Assembly (NCBI GenBank): GCA_963668025.2
Contig: CAXXTH010000017.1
Span: 64,001 to 128,000 of the forward strand
Reading direction: 5' to 3'
DNA length: 64,000 nucleotides
DNA from: Candidatus Hydrogenedentota bacterium
GTDB taxonomy: Bacteria > Hydrogenedentota > Hydrogenedentia > Hydrogenedentales > SLHB01
This document shows positions 47,569 to 60,779 of this stretch, piece by piece. Numbering within the stretch: the stretch's first letter is position 1; each line of letters begins with the position of its first letter. Position numbers and translations under genes: made by a program. The notes under the pieces were generated by a model. It searched no databases. It saw only the letters and a program-made list of their open reading frames with translations, and had not been told where the DNA came from.

Positions 47569-49386
47569 TTAATATTTGCCGTAGAGCGGGCCGAAGTCCG
47601 CGCACGCGCGGTAATCCGAACCTAGCAGGTCCATGGCTCCAAACGACGCCCAAGCGCTCGGGCGGAAAATGGCGTCATCCGGCACGTTGTGCATCGACAC
47701 GGGAATCCGCAGCATGGACGCCAGCGTGATGAGCTGTGCGCCTACATGGCCATAGCAGAACGAGCCGTGGTTTGCCCCCCAATTCGCCATGACCGAATAG
47801 GCGTCTTGAAAGGGCGTTTTGCCCGTAAGCCGGGGGGCGAAATAGGTGGTGGGCCATGTCGGGCTCGTGCGCTGATCGAGCGTTTTATGCACCTCATCCG
47901 GCAAGGCGACGCTGTAGCCTTCCGCAAGCTGAAGGACCGGGCCAAGCCCTTTCACGAGATTCACCCGAATCATCGTGATGGGCATTTCGGCCGAGGTATA
48001 GAAATTCGACGAGAAACCAGAACCCCGGAAATATCCGCGCTCGCCCGGCCGCCACGAGGTGGCGTCGAGGCATTTTTGCGCTTCTTTCGGCGTAATTTCC
48101 CAGAAGGGCTTCATGCAAGGCTCGCCGTCGCGTTCCTGGCAGCCCGAGCCATCGAGCGAAGCCGCACCTGAATTAATCAAATGGATGAAGCCTTCGGCGG
48201 CCTTGCCGGTCAGGTTGTATCCAGTGACGCGCTTCACGGCGTCCGGGCTCCAGAACGTCCGCACATCCGCGAACACCTGCGCCGTGTCCGTGAGTAAATG
48301 GCCGAACAGCATGGCCGTGCCGTTGAGCGAATCATTTTCCGTGGCGAATATGAAAGGTTCACGGATGCCGTTCCAGTCGAACGACGAACACAGCATGGCT
48401 TCCATGAAATCGCCGTTCGGCGAGTGGTCCGTCCACTGGCGCTGCCCCTGGAAGCCCGCCGCGATGGCGTTATGGCCCAGTGCTTCCTCGCCGAAATCTT
48501 TCGGAAGCGCCGGATTGCCAATCATCAAATCGCGGCCGATAAGGGCCATCTTCACGCAGGTTTCCCACACCTGGTCAAGCTGCTTGCGGCCCAGACGCAG
48601 GTGTTTCGGATTGGTGTCAGCGCCTTCTTTGCAGTTCTGCTTCACCCATTCAAGCGCGCGCTTAAATTCACTCTTGTCATAAATCTCTTCCTCGATGCGG
48701 CGTGTGAATTCCGACATGTCCACGCACATGACGCGCATGCCGAGATACTTCTCGAAGAAATCGTGGTTCACCATCGAGCCCGCGATGCCCATGGACACAT
48801 TTCCCAGCGAGAGATATGTCTTACCGCGCATGTCCGCCACCGCGATGGCTGCTTTGGCGAAGGAGAGGAGTTTCTCTTTCACATCTTGCGGGATCTCGGT
48901 GGTGTCCGCGTCTTGCACGTCACGCCCGTATATACTGAATGCCGGAAGGCCCTTTTGGTTGTGGGCCGCCAGCACTGCGGCCAGATACACCGCGCCGGGG
49001 CGTTCCGTGCCGTTAAACCCCCAAATGGCCTTAGGGATCAAGGGATCCATATCCATGGTTTCAGCGCCATAACACCAGCAGGGCGTCACCGAGATCGACG
49101 CGCCCACGCCCGCCCGCGAGAATTTGTCCGCACAGAGCGCCGCCTCCGCCACGCCGCCAATACAGGTGTCCGCGATGACACATTCAACCGGCAATCCATT
49201 CGCATGGCGCAGCGTGTCCGTGATCAGCTCGGCCACGGATTTGGCCATGTTCATCGTCTGCTCTTCAATGCCTTCCCGAACACCTCTGCGCCGGCCATCA
49301 ATGGTAGGCCGGATGCCGATTTTGGGCATTTCGCCCACGAGATAATTCTTGGGTGCGTTCACCGATAACTTGCCGCTTTTCGCCAT
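47569..49386 (-). CDS. fucI: L-fucose isomerase
   Basis: Motifs [39 protein letters not shown] and NWGANHG. Confidence 0.96.
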   Translation of the reverse strand: MAKSGKLSVNAPKNYLVGEMPKIGIRPTIDGRRRGVREGIEEQTMNMAKSVAELITDTLRHANGLPVECVIADTCIGGVAEAALCADKFSRAGVGASISVTPCWCYGAETMDMDPLIPKAIWGFNGTERPGAVYLAAVLAAHNQKGLPAFSIYGRDVQDADTTEIPQDVKEKLLSFAKAAIAVADMRGKTYLSLGNVSMGIAGSMVNHDFFEKYLGMRVMCVDMSEFTRRIEEEIYDKSEFKRALEWVKQNCKEGADTNPKHLRLGRKQLDQVWETCVKMALIGRDLMIGNPALPKDFGEEALGHNAIAAGFQGQRQWTDHSPNGDFMEAMLCSSFDWNGIREPFIFATENDSLNGTAMLFGHLLTDTAQVFADVRTFWSPDAVKRVTGYNLTGKAAEGFIHLINSGAASLDGSGCQERDGEPCMKPFWEITPKEAQKCLDATSWRPGERGYFRGSGFSSNFYTSAEMPITMIRVNLVKGLGPVLQLAEGYSVALPDEVHKTLDQRTSPTWPTTYFAPRLTGKTPFQDAYSVMANWGANHGSFCYGHVGAQLITLASMLRIPVSMHNVPDDAIFRPSAWASFGAMDLLGSDYRACADFGPLYGKY

Positions 49387-50018
49387 TGTTCTCCAGCCTT
49401 TCTATTCGCCGCACAGGCGGACCTTATAATTACACATGGCATGCCCGTAAGTATGGCATAGCGCTTTTCATGCATCAAGAATTAAAGTATACACCATCTG
49501 AAAGTAAGGTATACCCAGCAAGTAATATACTAAAATATGATTAAAATTTCCACATAAAGAATCAAATGATTGATATATGTTTTTATACTATGCCTGCTTT
49601 TACTCGGTTGTCTCAGGCGAAGCCACGCTCTTATGCATATGGTTGCATACGCTCTCGGTTAAGGGTTCTAGGTGGCGCTGACTTTATATATATAGGTGAA
49701 GCAACCTAACACCTCACGGGCATCGAATTCAACATTTATTCTATGTTATCAGCATATATTCGAATGATTTTTATTATATATACGATATAAAGTATTCTTT
49801 TTCCCATGCAGCGCCGTGTCCTATTGCCCAGCCTTCCGCACGATGGGAAGGGGATTAGCCTGTTGCCATTTCACGATGGAAGCATGGGGCGAACACCGGT
49901 ATAATCACGCGCGGGCCGTTCCATGCGGGCCGCTGGCATAGGTGCTCATAATTTCCAACAAGGAGATAGTGTTACGGCGCCTTCGGAATGCCGTATACAT
50001 CGTGAAAGGACGAAAAGC

Positions 50019-50876
50019 ATGAACATGCAGTGGATGGGATTAGTGGCTTTTGGCATGGCGGCCACCGCGTGCGCCCAACAGCAAGTCGTTCCTATTTGGC
50101 CGGAAGGCAAAATCCCGCTTAAAACGAGCGATGCCCCCGAGCGGGTGTGTTCGCCAAGCGATAGTTCCGTCGTCATGCTAACGGATGTGAATGCACCTAA
50201 TCTCACGGTGTTTCCGGCAAAAGATACGGGCAAGCCCAATCCAGCCGTCCTGATTTGCCCTGGCGGCGGATATGCGATTCTGGCATGGGATCTCGAAGGC
50301 GTCGAGATAGCGGAATGGCTGAACACACAGGGGATTTCCGCTTTCGTCCTCAAGTACCGTGTTCCGCATAACCGCGACGCGGCGCTCTGCGACGCCCAGC
50401 GGGCCATGGGTGTAATCCGTTTTAAAGCAAAAGAATTCAATATCGACCCTAACCATTTAGGCATTATGGGCTTTTCAGCCGGAGCGCATCTCTCGGTGCG
50501 CACCAGTACGAACTACGATAAGCGCTTCTACGAACCCGTGGATGACGCGGACGCGCAGCCAAGCCGTCCCGATTTCGCGCTCATCATCTACCCAGCCTAC
50601 CTCTATATGGATGGCTTCAAAATGATGCCGGAACTGCCCGTATCCGCCGGTGCGCCGCCGACCTTCCTGGTTCAAACGGAGGACGACGACCTCTATATCG
50701 ACAGCAGCCTGGCTTATTATATTGCGCTGAAGGCGGCTAAAGTGCCTGTGGAAATGCATCTTTTCCCAGAAGGCGGCCATGGATATGGGGTCCGCAAATC
50801 TGGGAAACCTACCGATGCCTGGCCCAAGCTGGGGGAAGCGTGGCTTGCGGCGATTATGAAAGCCAGTGCGAAATAA
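50019..50876 (+). CDS. Secreted alpha/beta hydrolase (carbohydrate esterase-like)
   Basis: Motifs CPGGGY, GFSAGAHL, RPDF...YP and GGHGYG. Confidence 0.88.
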   Translation: MNMQWMGLVAFGMAATACAQQQVVPIWPEGKIPLKTSDAPERVCSPSDSSVVMLTDVNAPNLTVFPAKDTGKPNPAVLICPGGGYAILAWDLEGVEIAEWLNTQGISAFVLKYRVPHNRDAALCDAQRAMGVIRFKAKEFNIDPNHLGIMGFSAGAHLSVRTSTNYDKRFYEPVDDADAQPSRPDFALIIYPAYLYMDGFKMMPELPVSAGAPPTFLVQTEDDDLYIDSSLAYYIALKAAKVPVEMHLFPEGGHGYGVRKSGKPTDAWPKLGEAWLAAIMKASAK

Positions 50877-50995
50877 ATTTTCCTAGAGTCCGGCTCTGCC
50901 CGCTGTTTGCCAATCGCGGCGAGCAGAGCGCCGGAATAATGAGGCTTATATGAGCTACGGTGGCTGTGGCTTGATTTAGAGGGAGGCCAGGTGCA

Positions 50996-52480
50996 ATGCG
51001 CTATTGTTTTAAAGCAAGATCCGTGCTCGTGGGGATTTCTCTAGTGGCTGGCTTGGCGGCGGGCGCCATGGGTGTTTCCCATGCCGAATCAACTCCCGCG
51101 CCTGCCGTAACAGATGAAGGCAAAAACGCCATGGCGCAGCTTTATCATGAGGCGCTTCGTCCGCAATTCCATTTCACGGCCGCCAAGAACTGGCTGAACG
51201 ATCCCAATGGGCTTGTATATTACAAAGGCGAATATCATCTCTTCTTCCAGCACAATCCCTCTGGCATCGACTGGGGCAACATGACGTGGGGCCACGCGAT
51301 TAGCACGGACCTGTTGCACTGGAAACAATTGCCCAACGCCATCGAACCGGACCAGATGGGGACGATTTATTCCGGCTCAGCGGTTGTGGATGAAAATAAT
51401 ACGGCGGGATTCCAGAAGGGGGATGAAAAAACGCTCGTGGCGATCTATACCGCCGCAGGCCTTCCTTCCGATATCTCGAAAGAACCTTTTGTCCAGTGCA
51501 TCGCCACCAGCAACGACAGGGGGCGCACCTGGGCCAAATATGAAGGAAATCCCGTCCTCCCATTCATTGTTGACGCCAACCGTGATCCCAAGGTGGTTTG
51601 GCACGAACCCACCAAAAAATGGGTAATGGCCCTATTTTTGGACGGGTGCCGGTATGGTTTTTTTTCGTCACCAGACCTAAAGCAATGGACCTTGTTGCAT
51701 GATATGAATGTTCCCGAGTGCGGCGAATGCCCCGATTTCTTCGAGATACCCCTCGCTGGCGCGAATGGCGAAAAGAAATGGGTCTTCACTGCGGCGAATG
51801 GCCGTTATCTGGTAGGGTCATTCGACGGCCAGCGCTTCACCAGTGAAACGCCCGTGCTTCAGGTGGAATATGGCGCTAACTGTTACGCCGTGCAGACCTA
51901 CAGCGATATCCCCGAGTCCGATGGCCGGCGGATTCAAATCGGCTGGATGCGGGACGGGAAATACCCAGGCATGCCATTCAACCAGCAGATGAGCTTTCCT
52001 TGCGAGCTCAAGCTCCTCGATACGCCCCAGGGGATGCGCCTCACGAAGACTCCCGTGCGTGAAATTGAATTGCTGCACAAAGAAGGGCGGGAATGGAACG
52101 AGCTGGCGCTTCAGCCGGGCGAGAATCCCTTGGCGGGTTTGGAAGGCGAACTCTGGGATATTCGGATGGAAATCGAACCAGGAGAGGCGACTGAAGCCGG
52201 AATCAAGATACGCGGCCAGGCGGCCAGCTATCATGTGAAAGAGAAAACGCTCACTTGCCAGGGCTCCTCAGCCCCGCTCGAGCTTTCGGAAGGCCGGATT
52301 CAATTACAGATATTGGTGGACAGGGCTTCCATCGAGGTATTCGCAAAAGGCGGCCAAGCGGCGTTGTCTTCTTGCTTCCTGCCGCCCGCCGATGATCAGC
52401 GCTTGGAGCTATACGCCGTCGGGGCCCCCGTGCGCGTGATCTCACTCGAAGCCTATCCGCTGCATTCTGTTTGGCCGTAA
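50996..52480 (+). CDS. GH32 beta-fructofuranosidase/levanase
   Basis: Catalytic motifs WLNDPNG, RDPKV and ECPD, with a signal peptide. Confidence 0.94.
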   Translation: MRYCFKARSVLVGISLVAGLAAGAMGVSHAESTPAPAVTDEGKNAMAQLYHEALRPQFHFTAAKNWLNDPNGLVYYKGEYHLFFQHNPSGIDWGNMTWGHAISTDLLHWKQLPNAIEPDQMGTIYSGSAVVDENNTAGFQKGDEKTLVAIYTAAGLPSDISKEPFVQCIATSNDRGRTWAKYEGNPVLPFIVDANRDPKVVWHEPTKKWVMALFLDGCRYGFFSSPDLKQWTLLHDMNVPECGECPDFFEIPLAGANGEKKWVFTAANGRYLVGSFDGQRFTSETPVLQVEYGANCYAVQTYSDIPESDGRRIQIGWMRDGKYPGMPFNQQMSFPCELKLLDTPQGMRLTKTPVREIELLHKEGREWNELALQPGENPLAGLEGELWDIRMEIEPGEATEAGIKIRGQAASYHVKEKTLTCQGSSAPLELSEGRIQLQILVDRASIEVFAKGGQAALSSCFLPPADDQRLELYAVGAPVRVISLEAYPLHSVWP

Positions 52481-52514
52481 GACAGAGCCCAATTCACCAA
52501 GCACGCACTACGAA

Positions 52515-52541
52515 AAACGGCGGGGGGAAGCCCCGCCGTTT
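52515..52541. terminator. Bidirectional terminator-like hairpin
   Basis: AAACGGCGGGG-GGAAG-CCCCGCCGTTT between convergent genes. Confidence 0.7.
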
Positions 52542-52571
52542 AGCTGATTCTACCGCATATTACCGGCATTT

Positions 52572-53657
52572 TTACTGTGTAGCCGCCAAACTGGCCATGG
52601 GTATGATGTCGTCGTATACGCCAGGTACGCCTCCACATGACTCACGCACGACCAGCTTTGGCTTGAAGAGTTCATGGTAAGGCTTGGCTCCATGCCCGGC
52701 AGGAATCACTTTTTCCAGTAATAAGCGCGTACCGGTGGCGGCGATGTCAAAATCATTGTGGTGAAACGTCGTGAGTTGAGGTTGCACTAAAGACGCAATA
52801 GCGGAATCGTCGTACCCAACAATCGACAGATCGCGTGGGACATGGTATCCTAACTCGTGCGCCGCCCGAATCGCGCCTACCGCCACCACATCGTTATACG
52901 CCCAAATGCTGTCAGGCCGGTCTTTCAACGCCAGTATGCGCGATGCGGCTTCGTATCCGCCTTCTATGGTGGGCTGTGTATGGACGATCCATTCATCCCG
53001 GATCGACAGCTTTTCAAGCCCTAATTCAGTGCGATACCCGCGTTCACGGGCCACGGCGGGTTCGTAATTATCCGTGCTGGCCAAAAAGGCGATGTGCCGC
53101 CGTCCGAGCTGCACCAAATGGCGCACGGCAATGGCCCCCGCGGCCGCCTGATCACCATCCACATAGTTGCAATCTGGGAATCCCGAACTGCCGATAATAA
53201 CAAAGGGGATGCCCCATTCATTCAACAAAGAAATCGTCTGATCATCATTTCGTGGAGCAACCAGCAGGACTCCCGCCAAGGGGACGCCAAACAACAAATC
53301 CACCTGGCTATCACTGGCGAGCGGATCTTGCACATTTAAAAATACGTGGTATCCACGGTCCCGGGTGATGGATTTAATGCCATCTATGACGCGCGCCGCG
53401 CTCTGTGAGAAGTTCGGATCTACGCTCAGCGGCGCGCCTACATGCACGCCAAGGACATTCGACTTGCCGGACAATCCCTTGCCAAAGGCGTTGAGTTTAT
53501 AACTCTTGCGCTTGACGACCTCTTCCACCCGTTTGCGGGTTTCTTCTTTTACCGGGTATCCGTCGTTGTTTATCACTCGGGAGACGGTCGCGGAGGAGAC
53601 GCCTGCTTCGCGCGCGATCTCGATAATGGTGGGCCGTTTTCTCGGCTTTGTAGGCAT
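52572..53657 (-). CDS. LacI family transcriptional regulator
   Basis: HTH TIIEIAREAGVSSATVSRVIN and VPRDLSIVGYDD. The start was moved to 53657. Confidence 0.94.
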   Translation of the reverse strand: MPTKPRKRPTIIEIAREAGVSSATVSRVINNDGYPVKEETRKRVEEVVKRKSYKLNAFGKGLSGKSNVLGVHVGAPLSVDPNFSQSAARVIDGIKSITRDRGYHVFLNVQDPLASDSQVDLLFGVPLAGVLLVAPRNDDQTISLLNEWGIPFVIIGSSGFPDCNYVDGDQAAAGAIAVRHLVQLGRRHIAFLASTDNYEPAVARERGYRTELGLEKLSIRDEWIVHTQPTIEGGYEAASRILALKDRPDSIWAYNDVVAVGAIRAAHELGYHVPRDLSIVGYDDSAIASLVQPQLTTFHHNDFDIAATGTRLLLEKVIPAGHGAKPYHELFKPKLVVRESCGGVPGVYDDIIPMASLAATQ

Positions 53658-53787
53658 TTCAACTACCTCAATTCGCGGGAATACCTCATTGCGTTCCCCT
53701 ATTATATGGTATGCGGCCTTTCGGAATGCAATTGGAACCGGAGGCCGATTTTTTCTTCTATTGGCTCCATGATAGTATACCGCAAAC

Positions 53788-53801
53788 AGTAACCGTTTTC
53801 T
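53788..53801. promoter_or_regulatory. Putative LacI-type operator upstream of the LacI gene
   Basis: AGTAACCGTTTTCT, a CG-centred imperfect palindrome, lies upstream of a minus-strand TATACT. Confidence 0.5.
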
Positions 53802-53892
53802 AGTAAATCTTTTCTTACCACGCTTCCACATAGGCAAAAAAATCGCCAAGCATACTGCGCTTGGCGATTTCTCTCTCAGGAACAGCCGTTTT

Positions 53893-55218
<1,326 letters not shown>

Positions 55219-55250
55219 TCAAACGTCCTGGTTTCTGCTTCCCGCTTCAC

Positions 55251-56177
55251 TCATACGTCAAACAGCGGCGTCGAGAGATACCGTTCACCGGAATCAGGCA
55301 GAATCACCACGATGGTTTTGCCCTCATATTCATCACGGGCCGCCAAACGCAGCGCCACCGCCGCCGCCGCACCGCAGCTAATCCCCGAAATAAGCCCCTC
55401 TTCCCGAGCCAAGCGCCGGGAAGTATCGAAAGCTTCTTCGTTGCTCGCTTGCTCGATTTTGTCGATCAAGGTCAAATCCAACACATCCGGCTTGAAGCCT
55501 GCTCCAATGCCTTGGATCTTATGGGGGCCCGGCTTTCCACCCGAAAGGACTGGGGAAGCCGCGGGCTCCACCGCCACGGACTCGATAGCCTTGCCTTTTT
55601 CCTTTTTTAGGTATCGAGTAATGCCCGTGATCGTGCCTCCGGTTCCCACCCCGGCAACCACTACATCCACCGTTCCGTCTGTGTCATTCCAGATTTCCGG
55701 GCCGGTCGTTTTAAAATGGATTTCCGGATTCGCCGGATTTTTAAACTGTTGCGGGATAAAATACTCCGGATGTTCCTCCGCGATAGCTTCCGCTTCCCGG
55801 ATAGCGCCAGGCATGCCTTTGTCGCCCGGCGTCAAGATTAATTCCGCTCCAAAGGCCTTTAACATCAAGCGCCGTTCGATGCTCATTGTCTCTGGCATGG
55901 TCAGCTTGAGCTTATATCCACGCGAAGCGGCTACATACGCCAATGCGATTCCCGTATTGCCCGATGTCGGCTCGATAATCGTGCCCCCGGGTTTCAATAC
56001 GCCCCGCTGCTCCGCGTCCCAGACCATAGCGGCTCCAATGCGGCATTTCACCGAATAGGCGGGATTTCGCCCTTCAATTTTGGCGAGCACTTTGGCCTTC
56101 AAGCCTTTACCGAGCTTGCTCAATTGAACGAGCGGCGTGTTTCCAATGCTTTTGCTTGCGTCTTCATAAATCTTCAT
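55251..56177 (-). CDS. cysK: Cysteine synthase A
   Basis: Motifs [40 protein letters not shown] and SGERYLST. Confidence 0.96.
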   Translation of the reverse strand: MKIYEDASKSIGNTPLVQLSKLGKGLKAKVLAKIEGRNPAYSVKCRIGAAMVWDAEQRGVLKPGGTIIEPTSGNTGIALAYVAASRGYKLKLTMPETMSIERRLMLKAFGAELILTPGDKGMPGAIREAEAIAEEHPEYFIPQQFKNPANPEIHFKTTGPEIWNDTDGTVDVVVAGVGTGGTITGITRYLKKEKGKAIESVAVEPAASPVLSGGKPGPHKIQGIGAGFKPDVLDLTLIDKIEQASNEEAFDTSRRLAREEGLISGISCGAAAAVALRLAARDEYEGKTIVVILPDSGERYLSTPLFDV

Positions 56178-56341
56178 GTTAACAACCTCCCGCTATGCGC
56201 GTACGCCGAGCAACTGTTTTACAGCGAGGCTTAGGATAACCCAAATCCAAGCCATGGATTTTCCTTGCTCGAACACCCATCCTAGCACCCTCACGCACCC
56301 AGTTCAATTTGAGAAACCAGGAAACTTATGCGTTCCGGGTG

Positions 56342-56382
56342 TAATCCTGACTAATTCTACCGATTTTGTAACAATAATGCAA
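56342..56382 (-). promoter_or_regulatory. cysK promoter with a possible Rrf2 (CymR/IscR-like) site
   Basis: Minus strand reads TTGCAT-17-TAGAAT, overlapped by the imperfect palindrome AATCCTGACTAATTCTACCGATT. Confidence 0.5.
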
Positions 56383-56876
56383 GCCCCTTTTATTCTTCAT
56401 TAGAGCCATGTCTTTATGCCTATCTATCTACAGGGCCTCATTGTCTTTAGAAAGATATTTTCCTTTTGGATGCTCTTGGACCACGTGTGTATACCGGCCA
56501 ATGGCGTTTGTTGTCTTATAAGGAAACAGATATACTTCACCAATTTACTTGTCTTTAGGGTATCGATTGCCGGAGGGGTAATTTTTACACACTGAACGTG
56601 TGGCTGATTCAGCAAATTACATGATGCTTTTCGGAATGAGGAGCGCACTTCGTGATGGATCGGTGAATCGTACAAGCGTTTCCAACATTGAAGCAAGCGT
56701 GTGGTGATTATGTTATGTATGCTGGCAAATGGAGCTTTTATAGATTCTCTTTTTCTCGCATCTCCGGTAGTATGCAAAAACTGGTATGAAGTAGGATAGG
56801 CAAACATGAGGAAGCAATAGATAAGATCTTTTCAAGAGATTCATATACGAAACCAAAATGGAGGATTATAGATAAT

Positions 56877-57911
56877 ATGAGCGTATCCCGTTCACATCAG
56901 GTGGCCTCGTTATTCGCATTACCTTTCACGCGCGCATTGCTGGCGTTGCTGGCCATTGCGTTGCTGGGGGTGTTATTTCCTGGCGGCGGCATGTTTGATG
57001 AGCACGGCGGCTTCAACTCCAGTGCGGCCTTCTATAAATGGAGCACTCACCGTGATATGCTCCGCCAGACTTCCGTATATGGCATTCTCGCGTGCGGCAT
57101 GACCATGGTGATCATTTCCGGCGGCATCGACTTGGCGGTGGGCAGCATCCTTGGCCTGAATGCCGTTGTATTCGCTATTCTCTCGATTCATTGGGGATGG
57201 CCAGCCTGGCAAGTTATCCCCATATGCCTTCTGTTGGGAAGCGCATGCGGGCTCACGTCCGGTTTTTTTGTGTCGCGCTTCGCCATTCAGCCCTTTATCG
57301 CCACCCTGGCCATGATGGTTTTTGCACGCGGCCTGGCAAAATATGTATCCGGCGGCATGAAGATCTCGCAATATGTCCAGCGCCCGGAGAGCGGGTTTGT
57401 AGAAGTTCCGCTGCCTGCGATCTTCCGCCATATTGACAGCCGCATTCTGGGCGGCAACATCTCGGTGGTCACGCTCATTTTCATTGCCGGATTGGTATTG
57501 GCGGGCATCCTGTTATCCCACACGAAAGTGGGCCGCCATCTATACGCCGTGGGAGGCAATGAAGACGCCGCCCGGCTTTCCGGCGTGCCGGTGGGCCGAA
57601 TCAAGGCGATGGCGTACGCGCTCAGCGGATTCTGCTGCGCCGTGGCGGGCATCTGCCAGGCGGCGCAAGAAACCCAAGGCGATCCGGAAGCAGGTTCGAG
57701 CTACGAGCTTACGGCGATCGCCATGGTGGTGATTGGCGGCACGAGCCTGATGGGCGGGCGCGGCGGCATCCTGCTCACGCTGCTCGGCGCATTGGCTATC
57801 GGGTATCTCGACAAAATACTGAGCATCAACGCCATGAGCGAGGCGAGCCGCCTCATGCTTACGGGGGCTATCATCATCAGTGCGGTGCTGTTCCAGCGCT
57901 CGAAGAAATAA
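56877..57911 (+). CDS. Sugar ABC transporter permease (RbsC-like)
   Basis: Motifs ISGGIDLAVG, PFIATL, YAVGGNEDAARLSG and YEL.AIAMVVIGG. Confidence 0.93.
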   Translation: MSVSRSHQVASLFALPFTRALLALLAIALLGVLFPGGGMFDEHGGFNSSAAFYKWSTHRDMLRQTSVYGILACGMTMVIISGGIDLAVGSILGLNAVVFAILSIHWGWPAWQVIPICLLLGSACGLTSGFFVSRFAIQPFIATLAMMVFARGLAKYVSGGMKISQYVQRPESGFVEVPLPAIFRHIDSRILGGNISVVTLIFIAGLVLAGILLSHTKVGRHLYAVGGNEDAARLSGVPVGRIKAMAYALSGFCCAVAGICQAAQETQGDPEAGSSYELTAIAMVVIGGTSLMGGRGGILLTLLGALAIGYLDKILSINAMSEASRLMLTGAIIISAVLFQRSKK

Positions 57912-57940
57912 GTGGCATAGAACGAAGGGGAGATGTAATC

Positions 57941-58963
57941 ATGTACATCCGGATGGGCTTAGTTTGTTCGCTGCTGTTTGTTGTGTCTTGTTCGCAACCG
58001 AACTCCGCCCCGACTTCGGCGGCGGATAAGGCGTCTTCCGCGCCTTCCGCGCCGGTGGATGCAAAAGCGCCTCAAAATCGCATCTGGCGGATAGGAATGA
58101 GCCAGTGCAACCTGGGGGAGCCTTGGCGTGTGCAGATGAATGACGATATACGCGTGGCGGCGGCAAAATATCCAGATATTCAAGTAACGTATAAAGACGC
58201 CCAGAATGATACGTTGCGGCAGCGCTCCCATATCGAGGAATTCCTCAGTGAAGGCATTGACCTATTAATCGTTAGCCCGAAAGAGGCGGCTCCGCTCACC
58301 AAACCGATTGAGGCCGTATACCAAGCGGGCATCCCCGTCATCGTGCTCGACCGCCGAATCATGGGCGATCAATACACCACCTTCATCGGCGGGGATAATA
58401 AAAAGATTGGAAAAGCCGCAGGCGAATGGATCGCACAACGCCTGGGCGGCACGGGGAATATCGTTGAACTAGAAGGACTGATGACCAGCACTCCGGGCCA
58501 GGACCGGCACACGGGCTTTCGTGAAGGCATTGCGAACACCGGTTTGAATGTCATTTTCGAAGTGGATACGCAATGGTTTGAACCCAATGCGCGCAAGGAG
58601 ATGGAGTCCGCCCTCGCCCGGTTCAGTGACATTAAATTGGTATACGCCCACAATGATCCCGCGGCTCACGGCGCTTACCTCGCCGCGGAAGCGGCTGGCC
58701 GCGCAAAAGATATCATTTTCGTAGGCATCGACGCGCTCCCCCAAGAAGGGCAAGCCTATGTGAAACAAGGCATCTTGCAGGCCTGTTTCGAATATCCCAC
58801 CGGCGGAAATGACGCCATTGAATCCGCGCGCAAGATTTTACGAGGAGAAAAGATTCCCAAGGAGATCACCTTGCGCTCCCGTATTTTCACGACGGAGAAC
58901 ATAGAAAAAGGCGGCCAGTGGCTGGATGAATTACCGGTTTCCACGACTGCACAACCGTCGTGA
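57941..58963 (+). CDS. Sugar ABC transporter substrate-binding lipoprotein (RbsB-like)
   Basis: Lipobox VVSC and motifs IPVIVLDR, AHND and GIDA. Confidence 0.92.
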   Translation: MYIRMGLVCSLLFVVSCSQPNSAPTSAADKASSAPSAPVDAKAPQNRIWRIGMSQCNLGEPWRVQMNDDIRVAAAKYPDIQVTYKDAQNDTLRQRSHIEEFLSEGIDLLIVSPKEAAPLTKPIEAVYQAGIPVIVLDRRIMGDQYTTFIGGDNKKIGKAAGEWIAQRLGGTGNIVELEGLMTSTPGQDRHTGFREGIANTGLNVIFEVDTQWFEPNARKEMESALARFSDIKLVYAHNDPAAHGAYLAAEAAGRAKDIIFVGIDALPQEGQAYVKQGILQACFEYPTGGNDAIESARKILRGEKIPKEITLRSRIFTTENIEKGGQWLDELPVSTTAQPS

Positions 58964-59356
58964 GAACACAGCAATCGGTTCTGGCATGTTGGGCCCGCCG
59001 GGGCGTTTGGTATATAAAAATACACCCGGCGAACACGGCGGGCGCAACATGCCTCCCATACCGCATCAAACGCCTGACGAGCTCGATTCCGGTTTCGTAG
59101 ACTAATTCCGTCCTCATCCTCTGGAGGCATTTGCGAAATAAAGAAAATCCGTATTGACAAGGGTTTACAAAGCGGCGGAATTGGCGCCTACCCCGGAGAA
59201 TGCGGGGAAAGGGGCTTGGCGGGGGCATGAATAAGGATTTTTTGTGAAAAATCACCCCAAATGCCCTCGGCGAGCGGGAAAAGGCGTAACGTCTCCCGTG
59301 TGTGATTGTAGTATAGTTGACCACATAACCACGCACACACCAAGGAGACGTTTGCG

Positions 59357-60739
59357 ATGGCCATTATACACCAAATGGGGTTGTTCTCGTGGAACCAGGT
59401 CGACGCGGCGTCGGATCTGGATCGGCTGAACCTGTTGCTGGCGGCGCTGCCGGATGAAGATTTGATGCGGGCGATGGAAGCCGAACGCAAGGGGCGGCGC
59501 GACGATTATCCTATCCGCGCGATGTGGAACAGCATACTGGCGGGGATCGTCTTCCAGCACGACGGCGTCGAAAGCCTGCGCCGCGAACTAGCCCGAAACG
59601 GGCAATTGCGCCAGTTGTGCGGATTCGACGTGTTGCGGGGCGCCAAGGCGGTCCCGCCCGAATGGGTGTACACGCGGTTCTTCGCCAGATTACTGCGCCA
59701 CTGGAAAGAAGTGGACCGGATGTTCGACGCGCTCATCGTCCGGCTGATGGAACGCTTGCCGGATCTCGGGGTGCGTCTGGCCGTAGACTCGAAAGCCATC
59801 CAAACCCACGCCAAGCCTCCGCGCAAAGACGCGGTCCTGGAAAACGAAGAGCCGGACGGGCGGCGCGACCGCGACGCAGACTGGGGCACGAAAACCTACA
59901 AGGGCGTTCACAAGGACGGCACGCCCTGGGAGAAGGTCAAACGGTGGTTCGGCTACAAGCTGCACCTCATCGTGGACACGAAATACGAATTGCCGCTGGG
60001 CTACGCGGTCACGAAAGCCAGCGCCAACGACTCGCCCTTTCTGCTGCCCCTCGTGGCGGCTCTCGACGCGCGCCACCCCGAACTCGTCCAACGCGCCGAG
60101 TACCTCAGCGCCGACAAGGGCTATGATTCCGAAGCCAACAACAAGGGCCTCTTCGAGGAACATGAAATCCGGCCCATCGTGGACATCCGGGCGACCTGGA
60201 AAGAAGAACCGGAACGGCCCCGCCCTTTATATCCCGAACGGGTAGACACGATCTTCCATACCGAACGAGGTGAAGTCCTCTGCCGGTGTCGTAACGGCGC
60301 CCCAAACGAACGCGACAACTATGATTCCATGGCCTACCAAGGATTCGAGCAAGATCGGGGAACCTTGAAATACCGTTGCCCAGCCAAGGCACGCGGGAGC
60401 GCCTGTACCCAGCAAGACCTCTGCAACCAAGGATGCCAGCCCGAACACGGACGGATTGTCCGCGTGCCCATCGCTATCGACCGGCGCATCTTTACCCCCC
60501 TGCCCCGCAGCGCCAAATCCTGGCGCCGCGAATACAAACACCGCACCGCCATCGAGCGAGTCAACAGCCGACTCGACGGCGCATACGGATTCGAGCGCCA
60601 CTACATCCGCGGTATGAAAAAGATGCGCGCCCGCACCGGATTAGCCCTCCTCGTCATGCTCGGCATGGCCCTGGGATGGCTCGAAGCCGGCCAGGCAGAA
60701 CGCATGCGCTCGCTCCTCGGACAGCCCCGCGCCGCATAG
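59357..60739 (+). CDS. IS5/IS1182-like DDE transposase
   Basis: Motifs GRRDDYP, AVDSK, FGYKLHL, ADKGYD, a Cys-rich insert and YKHRTAIERVNSRLD. Confidence 0.92.
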   Translation: MAIIHQMGLFSWNQVDAASDLDRLNLLLAALPDEDLMRAMEAERKGRRDDYPIRAMWNSILAGIVFQHDGVESLRRELARNGQLRQLCGFDVLRGAKAVPPEWVYTRFFARLLRHWKEVDRMFDALIVRLMERLPDLGVRLAVDSKAIQTHAKPPRKDAVLENEEPDGRRDRDADWGTKTYKGVHKDGTPWEKVKRWFGYKLHLIVDTKYELPLGYAVTKASANDSPFLLPLVAALDARHPELVQRAEYLSADKGYDSEANNKGLFEEHEIRPIVDIRATWKEEPERPRPLYPERVDTIFHTERGEVLCRCRNGAPNERDNYDSMAYQGFEQDRGTLKYRCPAKARGSACTQQDLCNQGCQPEHGRIVRVPIAIDRRIFTPLPRSAKSWRREYKHRTAIERVNSRLDGAYGFERHYIRGMKKMRARTGLALLVMLGMALGWLEAGQAERMRSLLGQPRAA

Positions 60740-60779
60740 ATCACATCGAATCCGCACAAGCAATGATGGCCCGAATCAA

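Noticed and set aside
49390-49920. ncRNA or riboswitch in the long AT-rich gap upstream of fucI
   Set aside because: Only short hairpins were seen and no family motif was recognisable. A covariance-model search would be needed.
56424-56807. 127-aa ORF between cysK and the ABC permease
   Set aside because: It has no recognisable motifs or clear RBS and lies in an AT-rich divergent promoter region.
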